Of a stretch of 64,000 nt of DNA, positions 18,931-29,037 are shown piece by piece. Position 1 is the first letter of the stretch. Every line of letters begins with the position of its first letter. This DNA is from a virus (taxonomy: Duplodnaviria > Caudoviricetes). The stretch spans positions 13,509-77,508 of IMG/VR virus record IMGVR_UViG_3300028914_000071; one strand, given 5' to 3'. The notes beneath the pieces are model-generated. The model made no database searches, was not told the DNA's origin, and saw only the letters and a list, made by a program, of their open reading frames with translations. Both the position numbers and the translations under genes were made by a program.

Positions 18931-19145
18931 TTTTTGGTATTCCTTTCCGGTTTTAACGACTTGTAACCTGTCGATTTATTATGTATATATTATATCACAT
19001 TTTGCGGCACTTGTCAAGAGATTTTTAAAAATATTATTTTTCCATAATTGGAAAATGCTGGAAAAGTGCCCGGGCATTTTGCCAAAATTTTCCAGTTTTG
19101 GATAAAAATAAAAGAGGGCTGAACCGAAGTTCAACCCTCGCTGGA

Positions 19146-19571
19146 TTAATTTGTCTTAGCTTCCTTTTTTGCCTTCGCCGCCGCTTTTTCCTTTTCTACC
19201 TTTTCTTTGTTCTTTTTGGCTTTTTCTTCCTTTTCCTTAGCTTCCTTCTCGTCTTCCTCTACCTTTTTCTGCCATACGCTACCCTCATATTCCCTGTCAT
19301 ATTCTGTAAAATACTTTTTGTTTGTCTGTCTGTCCTTATAGTCCTTGACAGTAGGGGAGAATGTTACGCACGCTTCAACGGTAAATCCTTCCTTTGTTTC
19401 AATTGTGAGAACAGCTACAGCTACCTCAGACTTGCCAACGATGGTAACATTTTCCTCACCGTACTTAGCCTTCATAGCTTCAACAACACTGTCAAAAGCT
19501 TCCACTCTGATAGCTTCCTTGATTTCACTGAGTTTGAAGTCCTTTTCCTTGATAGTTCTAAGTTCTGTCAT
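19146..19571 (-). CDS. hypothetical protein with K/E/A-rich tail
   Basis: Single-gene cassette. Confidence 0.75.
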   Translation of the reverse strand: MTELRTIKEKDFKLSEIKEAIRVEAFDSVVEAMKAKYGEENVTIVGKSEVAVAVLTIETKEGFTVEACVTFSPTVKDYKDRQTNKKYFTEYDREYEGSVWQKKVEEDEKEAKEKEEKAKKNKEKVEKEKAAAKAKKEAKTN

Positions 19572-19821
19572 TTTAATTACTTCCTTCCGGTTTTAACGTC
19601 TTTACCTGACAATAATGATAATATGGTTTTTAGGTGTTTTCTTCCCTTCACCTTATGTATATATTATAGCACAACTTTGTGCTATTGTCAATAGTTTTAG
19701 AAAAATTTTTTAAAAAAGTTTTTTATGGTAGAAATGGAAAAATCTGGAAAAGCGCCCGGGCGATTCGCCATAATTTTCCAGTAATGGTATAAAAGGAAAC
19801 CGCCCCAAAGGGCGGCATAGA

Positions 19822-20028
19822 TTAATTATCGTATAAATCAAGTGCTTCAAGACTTGCTACATCACAATTATCATCAAGATACTCATATAGTTCTTTTTCT
19901 GTGCTTCCTGTATATGATTCACCTGTCAAATCTGCAATTGTTGACAAAACGTCTTTAAGTGCGGAGGAATATTCAGTGTATGCACAAGTGGAACAACCCA
20001 TAACGTTTACTATGTATATTTCTTTCAT
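19822..20028 (-). CDS. hypothetical acidic protein
   Basis: AGGAG RBS favours MKEIYIV start. Confidence 0.6.
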   Translation of the reverse strand: MKEIYIVNVMGCSTCAYTEYSSALKDVLSTIADLTGESYTGSTEKELYEYLDDNCDVASLEALDLYDN

Positions 20029-20029
20029 T

Positions 20030-20425
20030 TTACGACTCCTTTTCTTCAAGAAACTCAATACACTTTTCCGCCCAAATAACCATACTTTTCTCATGTTCTA
20101 AGTAATCTGCTATATGTTCTACATTATCATTCTCAGAAGTAACATACCATTCATATTTATATGGAATATCTAAACATTTAGCAAGAATACCATAATCTGC
20201 ATCCGTTTCGGTGAAATAGTCGTGGAAATACTTAACTAAATAGTTTCTTTCCTTTTCTGAAAGTCCTATTATTTTAAAGGGATAGCCACACTCAGCAATT
20301 AAATTTATTACCTCCTCTACCTCGTTAACTTTGTTTCCGGCAAGTACATCAAAATCGGGAATTTTATATTCAAGTATTTTGAAGTTTAAATTTATTGCAT
20401 CGCCTTTACATATTTTAATATACAT
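20030..20425 (-). CDS. hypothetical protein
   Basis: GAGGT RBS. Confidence 0.65.
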   Translation of the reverse strand: MYIKICKGDAINLNFKILEYKIPDFDVLAGNKVNEVEEVINLIAECGYPFKIIGLSEKERNYLVKYFHDYFTETDADYGILAKCLDIPYKYEWYVTSENDNVEHIADYLEHEKSMVIWAEKCIEFLEEKES

Positions 20426-20429
20426 ACTA

Positions 20430-20645
20430 TTACCTCACATTCTGTACAAATACGGCAACATTAAGTGCCAAGAAAATTCCATTAATGATAGCTCCTGTAA
20501 GAACCTTATTTCTGGTAGAATCTACCAGCCCTATTGAACTTGACAGGATAAACATAGGTGCTGACCAATTACTACCAGCGTAGCACAGTCCAGCCGCCAA
20601 AGCACAGCTAAAAATCATGATGTAATCAATACTTCTTAGTTTCAT
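20430..20645 (-). CDS. small membrane protein
   Basis: Hydrophobic; cassette leader. Confidence 0.65.
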   Translation of the reverse strand: MKLRSIDYIMIFSCALAAGLCYAGSNWSAPMFILSSSIGLVDSTRNKVLTGAIINGIFLALNVAVFVQNVR

Positions 20646-20839
20646 GGTTAAAAGTCCTTCCGGTTTTATAGAGTTATAACCTCTCTTTATCTTATGTATA
20701 TATTATACCATATTTGCGGCGAGTTGTCAAGGGGTTGACGAAAAATTTTTTATGGTATTTTATGGCAAAATGCCCGGGCACTTTGGAAGATTTTGGTAAT
20801 AATGGGATAAAGAGAAACCACCCCGAAGGGTGGCATAAG

Positions 20840-21397
20840 TTACCATTTGATGTATAATGGATGGCAGAAATTTAACATACCGTCTAAGGTTTTTTCAGAA
20901 TTATCAATTTTTGCTTTAAAACCATGATTTTGTAAATAAAGTTCTACATCTTTTACACAGTAATCTATAGGGAGGTCAAAGGTAAATTCACGGTTACCGT
21001 GTTTAGCTTCGGCTATAATTGCTTGTTCTATATATTTAAGCGTTTTTGAAATCTCCTTACGTCTTTTAAGTTCTTCTTTATCTTTTTTTAATTGCTTTTT
21101 GTATTCTCCCTTATTAATTACTTTTTGTGCTTTTTCAAGTGTGGTTAGTTTACGTGGTTTAACCACCTCATAATCAAAAGGAAAATTTCCGAGTAACCAA
21201 ATAAAAACAAAATGAGTTGTTACAAAGCGAGCAAATATAATAAATACCGCCAAATCTAACATATTATCAGTAAGTTCCATATTTCCAACTATAACGGCAG
21301 TAATAGCGGTGAAAAATAAATTAAAAATCATTCCAAAACTAAAAAAAAGTTCAAGAGGTGAGTTGTTGTTAATTATTCCTTTTATCTTTTCATTCAT
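20840..21397 (-). CDS. membrane protein, two N-terminal TM segments
   Basis: Single-gene cassette. Confidence 0.7.
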   Translation of the reverse strand: MNEKIKGIINNNSPLELFFSFGMIFNLFFTAITAVIVGNMELTDNMLDLAVFIIFARFVTTHFVFIWLLGNFPFDYEVVKPRKLTTLEKAQKVINKGEYKKQLKKDKEELKRRKEISKTLKYIEQAIIAEAKHGNREFTFDLPIDYCVKDVELYLQNHGFKAKIDNSEKTLDGMLNFCHPLYIKW

Positions 21398-21589
21398 AAT
21401 GGTATTCCTTTCCGGTTTTTAGGACTTATCACCTGTCCTTATGTTTATATTATATCATATTTCGCCGCACTTGTCAACTCTTTTCTAAAATTTTTTTATT
21501 TCCATATTCTACCAAAACGCCCGGGCGAAACGCCAAATTTTACCAATTTTACCACAATAGGAAAGCCGCCCATTTCTGAGCGGCAGTTT

Positions 21590-21955
21590 TCATCCGATAA
21601 ATCTGTATTTATTTGGTGTGTCTTTTATTATCTCAATAAATCCCGCATCCTGACAATTTCTTGCAATGGCGGTAAACTTTGACGAGTTCATCTTGAAGTC
21701 ATATTCACTGGTAAGTTCTGACACTGTTGCCGAATACTGTACTAAGATTTCATCCATTGTGTACGCTTTTCCTACATCAAGCATACTGAAAAGTTTTCTG
21801 CCAATTTCTGTATTGGTGTTACGCTTTTCCTCGGAATTTTTTGCAGACCTTGCATTTTTACTGTTAACACTGGCAAGAAGTGCCTTCGCTTTATCCGTGA
21901 TTTCATCGCTAAGATTTGCGGCTATTACTGCGTTATAAAATTCTCTCTGTGTCAT
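21590..21955 (-). CDS. small protein, probable C-terminal winged helix (paralog of 23685-24005)
   Basis: MTQREFYNAV versus MTLREFYNEV; shared G..Y...I..SSK pattern. Confidence 0.75.
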   Translation of the reverse strand: MTQREFYNAVIAANLSDEITDKAKALLASVNSKNARSAKNSEEKRNTNTEIGRKLFSMLDVGKAYTMDEILVQYSATVSELTSEYDFKMNSSKFTAIARNCQDAGFIEIIKDTPNKYRFIG

Positions 21956-21968
21956 GGTAATTTCCTCC

Positions 21969-22508
21969 TTATTCTACTACCGTTACTGCGCCATCTGCAA
22001 AACGGTAAGTGTTTCCAGTATCAATGCTAAAAGCTACATAATTGTTTTTAAGACCTATACTCTTAATAGTGCCGATAAATTCATAGCGTGAACCACTACT
22101 AATTGTAAATACATCATGTGGTTTGAGTTCAGACAGCTTTTTCTTGCTTATAAACTTAGGGCGCTCAATATGATTGTACTTAGCCCAAACCACACCCAGT
22201 CCAATAAAGACCGCAAAATTATCCTTTTTGTTACAATAAGTTTCCACAAACTTACCATTGCGAGTATTGAGAAGACCTACTTTACGTGCCTTCTTGTTAA
22301 CAGTAATCACATAATTACCAAAAGTAAAGCTGTCGGCGCCTTCGTCAGTGTAGTCGTGATGTTCAAAAGTTCTGTAAACTTCGGTCATCACATCATTAAA
22401 ATCCACTGGAAAACTTGCCTGACCACTATTTACCATTGCATTTGCCATACCAATGATAAATGAATGTGCCTGTGAGAGAGTCCAGTTTTCAAATGTAAGA
22501 TTTTCCAT
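21969..22508 (-). CDS. hypothetical (NTxTGK..C..D.F...G family)
   Basis: LLNTRNGKFVETYCNKKDNFAVFIGLGVVWAKY. Confidence 0.75.
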   Translation of the reverse strand: MENLTFENWTLSQAHSFIIGMANAMVNSGQASFPVDFNDVMTEVYRTFEHHDYTDEGADSFTFGNYVITVNKKARKVGLLNTRNGKFVETYCNKKDNFAVFIGLGVVWAKYNHIERPKFISKKKLSELKPHDVFTISSGSRYEFIGTIKSIGLKNNYVAFSIDTGNTYRFADGAVTVVE

Positions 22509-22737
22509 AGTTAAAATTCCTTCCGGTTTTATAGACTTGTTACCTGTCTTTGTGTTTTGTTTTATCTTATGTATATATTATAGCATAGAATAAGGTACTT
22601 GTCAATAGTTTTTCTAAAATTTTTTAAAAATATTTTTATGGTAAAAACGGAAAAAGATGGAAAATCGCCCGGGCGTTTCGCCATAATTTACCATTTATGG
22701 AATATGAAAATGCCGCCCATTTCTGAGCGGCACATTT

Positions 22738-23271
22738 TTACTGATTCATGTACTTTTTGTAAAGGTCGATAAAGATAACGTATACATTGTCCATGGTAAT
22801 TTTTTCCGGGTCGAGATGTTTGCAAGAAACTGATTTACCAGTTTTTGTATTTATGAGCATCACCGTAACACCGTCAAAGAGTTTGTTATTAATTGTTATA
22901 ATATAATCATTACGACCATATTTTCCGCCAAGTTCCTGTAATATACCATATCTTGTCACCTTAAGTTCGGCATAAAGTCGAGAACAAATAGTATTAAATT
23001 TAAACTCAACCTTATCATGTTCAACACCGCCACCAACGAGTTCCAAAAACTTCTTCTTATACCAAAAAGTGGTTCTTACTGGCTTAGGACGTGGAATTTC
23101 CACCATTTGGTCGAAATCAAAAACTTTTAAATCACCGTTAGACTGGTTACAACCAACATAACCATTTACATCTTGGAATTTAGTTTTACCTACAAAAAGG
23201 TAGTCATAAACACCTACACTAAAGAAATCACCATTGTTTAATGTTGATACAAGAACTTTTATTGTTTTCAT
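22738..23271 (-). CDS. hypothetical (same family, domains in reverse order)
   Basis: LINTKTGKSVSC at the C-terminus; LNNGDFF at the N-terminus. Confidence 0.7.
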   Translation of the reverse strand: MKTIKVLVSTLNNGDFFSVGVYDYLFVGKTKFQDVNGYVGCNQSNGDLKVFDFDQMVEIPRPKPVRTTFWYKKKFLELVGGGVEHDKVEFKFNTICSRLYAELKVTRYGILQELGGKYGRNDYIITINNKLFDGVTVMLINTKTGKSVSCKHLDPEKITMDNVYVIFIDLYKKYMNQ

Positions 23272-23471
23272 TACTTTACCCTCCTTAATGTCATATCACC
23301 AACGGAAACAGAATCAATGAACCCATTGCTAAAACGCTTTAATGGGCAGTAGGTTAACCATCTCTGTTCTTTATTCATTAAAGAAGTAAACATTCTTACA
23401 GCTACATAGCTATGCGGTGAAGTGTAAGTATTTTCCGGCTTGCCGATAAATCTGATTTCATACTTTTCCAT
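23271..23471 (-). CDS. hypothetical protein
   Basis: Cassette leader; coupled to the next gene. Confidence 0.6.
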   Translation of the reverse strand: MEKYEIRFIGKPENTYTSPHSYVAVRMFTSLMNKEQRWLTYCPLKRFSNGFIDSVSVGDMTLRRVK

Positions 23472-23684
23472 ATTGGTATTCCTTTCCGGTTTTTAGGACT
23501 TATCACCTGTCCTTTACTGTAATTATATTATACCATACTTTGCGGCACTTGTCAACACTTTTCTGAAAAAATTTTTTGGTAGTTTATGGCAAATTGCCCG
23601 GGCGTTTTGGAAAAATTTTCCAGTTCTACCATAATAAGAAAACCGCCCTCTTTCGAGAGCGGCTTCCAGTTTTTGCCGTGTTTA

Positions 23685-24005
23685 TTACTTTACTTTTGTG
23701 TACTGCTTAGGTGTGCTGTCGTCTGAAATAACCTTATCCTTTAAGATTTCTCTAAGGATATAGCCAATCTTTGACGAGTTGTACTGACCGGCAAACATTG
23801 CCACAATATCTGCGTTAAGGTACTTCTTACCAGCTTCCATTTTGGCAAGAATTTCCTCACCGAGTGCAACATTAGCTTCACGCTTAGAATCCTTCGCCTT
23901 GTCCTCTTCCGCAAACTTAGCAAGATACTTGCCAGCAATTTCCTTAGCTTCTGCGCTGATAGATGCATTTGTAGCTACTTCGTTGTAAAATTCTCTAAGT
24001 GTCAT
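23685..24005 (-). CDS. small protein, probable winged helix (paralog of 21590-21955)
   Basis: See paralog; single-gene cassette. Confidence 0.75.
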   Translation of the reverse strand: MTLREFYNEVATNASISAEAKEIAGKYLAKFAEEDKAKDSKREANVALGEEILAKMEAGKKYLNADIVAMFAGQYNSSKIGYILREILKDKVISDDSTPKQYTKVK

Positions 24006-24272
24006 AATTTTTCTACCTTTCCGTTTTAACGTCTTGAACGTGACAATGAATATAAATAATGAATGATTTAAGGTTTTAGGTTTTTGTTTCCCTCAACCTT
24101 ATGTATATATTATAGCATAGATTTATTAGAATGTCAATAGTTTTTCTAAAAAAATTTAAAAATTATTTTATGGTATAATTGGAAAAATTTGGCAAAGTGC
24201 CCGGGCATTTTGGTAGAAATTGCCATCTCAATGGTAAATGGAAAAGCCGCCCATTTCTGAGCGACTTTAGTT

Positions 24273-24422
24273 TTACTTTGTGAATCCCATGTCAATTTTT
24301 GCCTGTTTTCTCGCTTTTGCCCTTTCATTGAGGGCGGTGAGGTAAGCAATTGCCTCCTCCTTTGTTAGTATGTAATGTTTTCCCTTTTTGGTAACATGAA
24401 GTCCTTTTTTAATTTCTGCCAT
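24273..24422 (-). CDS. small basic protein (49 aa)
   Basis: MAEIKKGLHVTKKGKHYILTKEEAIAYLTALNERAKARKQAKIDMGFTK; GGGAG RBS. Confidence 0.55.
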   Translation of the reverse strand: MAEIKKGLHVTKKGKHYILTKEEAIAYLTALNERAKARKQAKIDMGFTK

Positions 24423-24424
24423 AA

Positions 24425-24913
24425 TTATTTCTCCCTTGTAAATACTGTTATTGTGCTAACCATTGTAACTTTGAATGTACCAACTTCTACCAGTCTATCC
24501 ATGACTGTTCTGAACATATCTGCATTATAACCGAAATCTTCACGGTATCCGCCATGCTTTACCATTTCACCAAGTTCTGCCATGAGATGTGACATAACGT
24601 ATGCGCCGCCAACTTCTGTGTTTTTGAGAATAATATCCATATAATCCTCATACTGAGTTTTGCGGTGGTCATTTCTCTTAATGGTTGTCTTTTCACGCTT
24701 TACCATTTTTAAAGCTCTAAGAATATCATCAACACCTTCTTCAACCTCTTCAATGTCAGAAGTGTCCAGCTGTGCCATAGCTTCTGTAGCCGCATTAACA
24801 GCTGCAAGTGCTCTGCAAAGATTTTCCTTTACAGCTTCGTCATTAAATTCTACAGATGCTCTGTAGCCCATTGGTGAAAATCTTTCTGTTTCAACTAAAG
24901 TCTGTGTAAACAT
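24425..24913 (-). CDS. helical plus winged-helix-like protein (paralog of 25245-25742)
   Basis: TVMDRLVEVG versus VCMDRLIKEG; IKRND versus IKRNE. Confidence 0.75.
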   Translation of the reverse strand: MFTQTLVETERFSPMGYRASVEFNDEAVKENLCRALAAVNAATEAMAQLDTSDIEEVEEGVDDILRALKMVKREKTTIKRNDHRKTQYEDYMDIILKNTEVGGAYVMSHLMAELGEMVKHGGYREDFGYNADMFRTVMDRLVEVGTFKVTMVSTITVFTREK

Positions 24914-25244
24914 ATTGGTAATTCCTTTCCGGTTTTAACGACTTGAACCTGTCGATAGTAAATTAGTTTTCTTAGGGTTTAGGTCGTTTCCCTTACCCTG
25001 TAATTATATTATATCATATAGGGGCGCATTTGTCAATAGTTTTTTTAAAATTTTTTAAAAATTATTTTATGGTAAATATGGAAGGATTTGGCAAAGCGCC
25101 CGGGCATTTTGGTAGAAATTACCATTTATGGATAAAAAAGAATGGACGGTATAAACCGTCCAAACTTTTAAGAAACAACCTACGGAGGTATGAAAATATT
25201 GGGATGGGACTTTTTGGTGGGAAATCCCTCAGAAACCCATAAGA

Positions 25245-25742
25245 TTAGAAATCTTCCTTAGTTGGTAAAAGTGAGTAAATTGTGCCGTAACGATATACAC
25301 GGTGAGTAATTACTTTACCCTCTTTTATAAGGCGGTCCATACATACAGTAACTATATGGTCATGCCCGTAGCACTGGTTATCAAATTTGGTATCTTTTTT
25401 TGCGAAAGCCATGTTAGAGTTGGCAAAACTTGCTAAAAGATTCTTAGAATACCACTCACCCTCTTTCATATTTGCAAGGAACATTTTGGTGTATTCTTCC
25501 AGATATGTTTCGTTTCTCTTGATTCTCTTTGCCTTCTTTGTAGCTGTCATAGCATCATGGCAGAATTCGGCAATATTGTCATAATCATCTTCACTGATGT
25601 TCTTTAAGCTGTCAATAGCTTCTTTAAGAGCGCTGGTAACAGCTGGCAATGACTTCTTTGTTGACAGATAGTCTTCACTGTGAGAAAAAATTGCTTCAAT
25701 GTTAAGTGACTTAAGTGTGTTTGGTGTAGAGTTTCTTTTCAT
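25245..25742 (-). CDS. helical plus winged-helix-like protein (paralog of 24425-24913)
   Basis: See paralog. Confidence 0.75.
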   Translation of the reverse strand: MKRNSTPNTLKSLNIEAIFSHSEDYLSTKKSLPAVTSALKEAIDSLKNISEDDYDNIAEFCHDAMTATKKAKRIKRNETYLEEYTKMFLANMKEGEWYSKNLLASFANSNMAFAKKDTKFDNQCYGHDHIVTVCMDRLIKEGKVITHRVYRYGTIYSLLPTKEDF

Positions 25743-26011
25743 GGTAATTAGTCCTTCCGGTTTTATAGTCTTGTTACCTGACTTTAGAATTATTGTTTAC
25801 TTAGGGCTTAGGTCGTTTCCCTTACCCTGTAATTATATTATAGCACATCTTAGTCTGTTTGTCAACACTTTTTTAAAAGTTTTTAAAAAATTTTTTTTCG
25901 CGGCGAAATATGGAAGAATTACCATTTTCTGGAAAACCGCCCGGGCGATTTGGTAAAATTTACCAATTCTACTATACAAAAGTGCCGCCCATTTCTGAGC
26001 GGCAAAAAGTC

Positions 26012-26464
26012 TTAAATCATTACAAAAGCATCGGCTCTCATGATATTATATCCACCAGTTGTCTTATCGTCATCATAGATAATATCACCATTTTTATCCG
26101 GACCATTTGCAACATGGCGGTGAGCACCAAATCTGCCATAAGTTACAAATTCTTCTCCAATCTGAAGGTCTTCCGCTTTTATCCATTTTCCATTGAAACA
26201 TGGTGGAATTTGCTGGATTCCCATTGCTCTCAGCATTACCAGTGCTACACCAATTTCTTCATAAAATGTATCATTTGGATGCGTCTTAGCTTCCCAGCTT
26301 TTTACGCCACGACTGTTGACACGTACTAACGTAACAGTATTTGTCTTCCAGTTAGTGTAGCAGTCATAGTGAGTTGTCTTATAGTTCTTTGAAGCAAATT
26401 CTTCAAAAGCCGCACGAATTGCCTTGATAGCCGCATTAATGTCACGATAGTTAAAATTTTTCAT
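26012..26464 (-). CDS. hypothetical (A..HP.D.F...G..L family)
   Basis: EAKTHPNDTFYEEIGVALVMLRA. Confidence 0.75.
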   Translation of the reverse strand: MKNFNYRDINAAIKAIRAAFEEFASKNYKTTHYDCYTNWKTNTVTLVRVNSRGVKSWEAKTHPNDTFYEEIGVALVMLRAMGIQQIPPCFNGKWIKAEDLQIGEEFVTYGRFGAHRHVANGPDKNGDIIYDDDKTTGGYNIMRADAFVMI

Positions 26465-26807
26465 AGTAAAATCCTTTCCGGTTTTTAAGACTTATAACCT
26501 GTCTTTATCTTATGTATATATTATAGCATATCATAGCTCATTTGTCAAGCGTTTTTAAAAAATTTTTTCGCAGGATAGCTAATGGATGTAGCTCCCAGCT
26601 CTGCTCGTAGCTCCCATATATTCCATATATTCCCAGACTGCCATGATATGGGAGAGATGTAAGAATTTGGCGGCGAAATCAAGAATTGGAGAAATTGGTA
26701 AAATCTGGAAAATCGCCCGGGCATTTTTCCACAATTTTCCAGTAATACCATAAAAGGAAAACCGCCCATTTCTGAGCGGTCTTCCAAATGGAGGTATATA
26801 TGGTCAA

Positions 26808-27140
26808 TTAGTGGATGATTTCTTCCTTAATATCCCACATCAGTGCGTCACGCACTCTGCGAAGTTTAGTCCATATGCAACCGGCGGTAAGTTCCAGTAT
26901 ATGGTCATCACCATCAAACCTTTCCAAACAATCAATAATCGGTTCATATGTTTTTCTGAATAAGTCGGCATAGTATTCAACCGCAAATGCCTTGTCTTTA
27001 TATTCATCATAGTAGTCGGCAAGGTTGTCAATAGTTTCCCATGCGCTGTTGACATCATCAACTGTATGGTCATTGTTATCATTGATAACTGCTGACATAG
27101 CGGCAATAAGTCTATAAGCGTTTTTAAGATTAAGTGTCAT
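26808..27140 (-). CDS. hypothetical acidic helical protein
   Basis: AAAGGA RBS favours MTLNLKN start. Confidence 0.7.
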   Translation of the reverse strand: MTLNLKNAYRLIAAMSAVINDNNDHTVDDVNSAWETIDNLADYYDEYKDKAFAVEYYADLFRKTYEPIIDCLERFDGDDHILELTAGCIWTKLRRVRDALMWDIKEEIIH

Positions 27141-27330
27141 AAAATCAAGTCCTTTCAAGTGGTTGTTTCCTTTACCCTGTAATTATATTATATCACAACG
27201 GGGTGTAAAAGTCAATAGTTTTTTAAAAATTTTTTTATTGGATTTTTATGTAAATTTGCCCGGGCACTTTGCCAAAATTTTCCAGTAATGGTAATAAAAA
27301 GGTGCCGCCCATTTCTGAGCGGCAAAATGA

Positions 27331-27942
27331 TTAAAATGTAAGATTTGCTGGTGTAATGTCTAATTTAAATACACTGGAGTATGCGCCGTATGTTTTTGTT
27401 ACCGTGCGTCTTAAATCAACTGTCATATTGTCATAAACATGACCACAAGTATAAGAATTACATGGTTCTGTCGCATCTACATTAGTTACCATATCTGCGA
27501 TGACATTAAGTCCACAAACAATATAAGGTTTATCATTAAAGTCGATGAAAACGTCACCGCTTGCCAAGTTTTCCCAGTCTACGTACTTGCCAGTAAGTGG
27601 AATTTCACGGTGACTGTAACGTGCCCAAGCAAGTGCAAGCCCGTACTGTGCGTTAAACTTGTCTGATGGACTTAACTGCGCTTCCGCACGCTTGCCAGTT
27701 TTAATGTTGGTAATTACTGTCAGTCCTGTTGCTGTTGATGTTACCACGATGTTGCCGTAAATCTGACACACTCCGAGTTTATCGCTGGCATAGAGTTCCG
27801 GTTGACACCAGTTGTCAAAATTTACCTTGCCGCCATCCTTGTTGCTTACCCTGTCATATTCTGCCTGACAGAAACTGGTAAGACTTCTTACCATGTCTAC
27901 TACCCATGAGTTAACTGCTTTCTTAGTCTTTAAAATTTTCAT
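27331..27942 (-). CDS. hypothetical (same family as 21969-22508)
   Basis: ITNIKTGKRAEAQLSPSDKFNAQYGLALAWARY. Confidence 0.75.
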   Translation of the reverse strand: MKILKTKKAVNSWVVDMVRSLTSFCQAEYDRVSNKDGGKVNFDNWCQPELYASDKLGVCQIYGNIVVTSTATGLTVITNIKTGKRAEAQLSPSDKFNAQYGLALAWARYSHREIPLTGKYVDWENLASGDVFIDFNDKPYIVCGLNVIADMVTNVDATEPCNSYTCGHVYDNMTVDLRRTVTKTYGAYSSVFKLDITPANLTF

Positions 27943-28201
27943 AATCTTTAGTCCTTTCTGAATTGAGGTTGTTTCGTAAGGTGTTTCCCTTACCCTGTAA
28001 TTATATTATAGCACACTTTGCGGCGGTTGTCAACACTTTTTTAAAAGTTTTTAAAAAATTATTTTATGGTATATTTACCATTTTCTGGAAAAACGCCCGG
28101 GCACTTTGCCAAAATTTTCCAGTAATGGTACAAAAGGAAAGTGCGGCAATTTCTCACCGCACTTCCAGTTTTATGGAAACAACCTTAGGAGTTAGATAAT
28201 A

Positions 28202-28615
28202 TCAACCGTTATCCCTTATATTGTCAATTGTTCTTTCAATATCTTCCTTTTCTCTCATAAACCAATTAAGTTTTGCCTTGTAAGTTTTTTCCCATCCCTG
28301 TAAGCTTTTGAGAACTCCATTACGGAACTGATACCAGTATTCAGTTGTTTTAACCTCTGTATCACCCCAAACCATAATGTCATTTTTACATTCTTTGTGA
28401 AGTTCTAAGTCTTTTGTAAGAAATTCCCTGATATCTTCTGCGCTTCCAATTAACTGGAATGGAAATTCATTATCTGCGATTTCTGTTACTTTCTGCCAAA
28501 GTGGTGCATTTTCTCCGAGTTCACGCTGTCCGGCAAGGTTAAATCTGAATTCAAATTCTCTTTTAACGTCCATATCAATATACACAAGATTCATAAACAT
28601 AATACATTCCTCCAT
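28202..28615 (-). CDS. hypothetical protein
   Basis: Single-gene cassette. Confidence 0.7.
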   Translation of the reverse strand: MEECIMFMNLVYIDMDVKREFEFRFNLAGQRELGENAPLWQKVTEIADNEFPFQLIGSAEDIREFLTKDLELHKECKNDIMVWGDTEVKTTEYWYQFRNGVLKSLQGWEKTYKAKLNWFMREKEDIERTIDNIRDNG

Positions 28616-28815
28616 AGTTTACAATTAGTTGTTGTTCTTTTCGTTTAGGGTTTTCTCTTACCCTGTAATTATATTATAGCACACTTTGCGGCGGTTGTCA
28701 ACACTTTTTAAAAATTTTTTTATTGGATTTTTATGGAAAATCGCCCGGGCACTTTTCCAAAATTTACCATTTTTGGAATAAACGAAAAGAGCGGCAATAA
28801 ATGCCGCCCAGTTTT

Positions 28816-29037
28816 TTACTGTGGATTCTTAACTATAAAATCTACGTCAACTATTTCTACCTCATCATTCGTTTCTAAGGTGTTAAGATGGTTTCCTTTT
28901 AATTCAAAAGCATTATTATCTTCATCAGAATAGTCAATTTTTACATATAACTTACCATAAAGTTTAAAATAAGTACCTATTTCAAGAACTCCAAAATTTT
29001 CCTTTTTTAAGATTGTTCTATCAATAATCTCTGCCAT
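28816..29037 (-). CDS. small beta-rich protein (paralog of 29631-29876)
   Basis: IIDRT..F..LEIGTYFK..NNA..L versus IIDKT..FVDIEAGECFK..NNAVCL. Confidence 0.7.
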   Translation of the reverse strand: MAEIIDRTILKKENFGVLEIGTYFKLYGKLYVKIDYSDEDNNAFELKGNHLNTLETNDEVEIVDVDFIVKNPQ

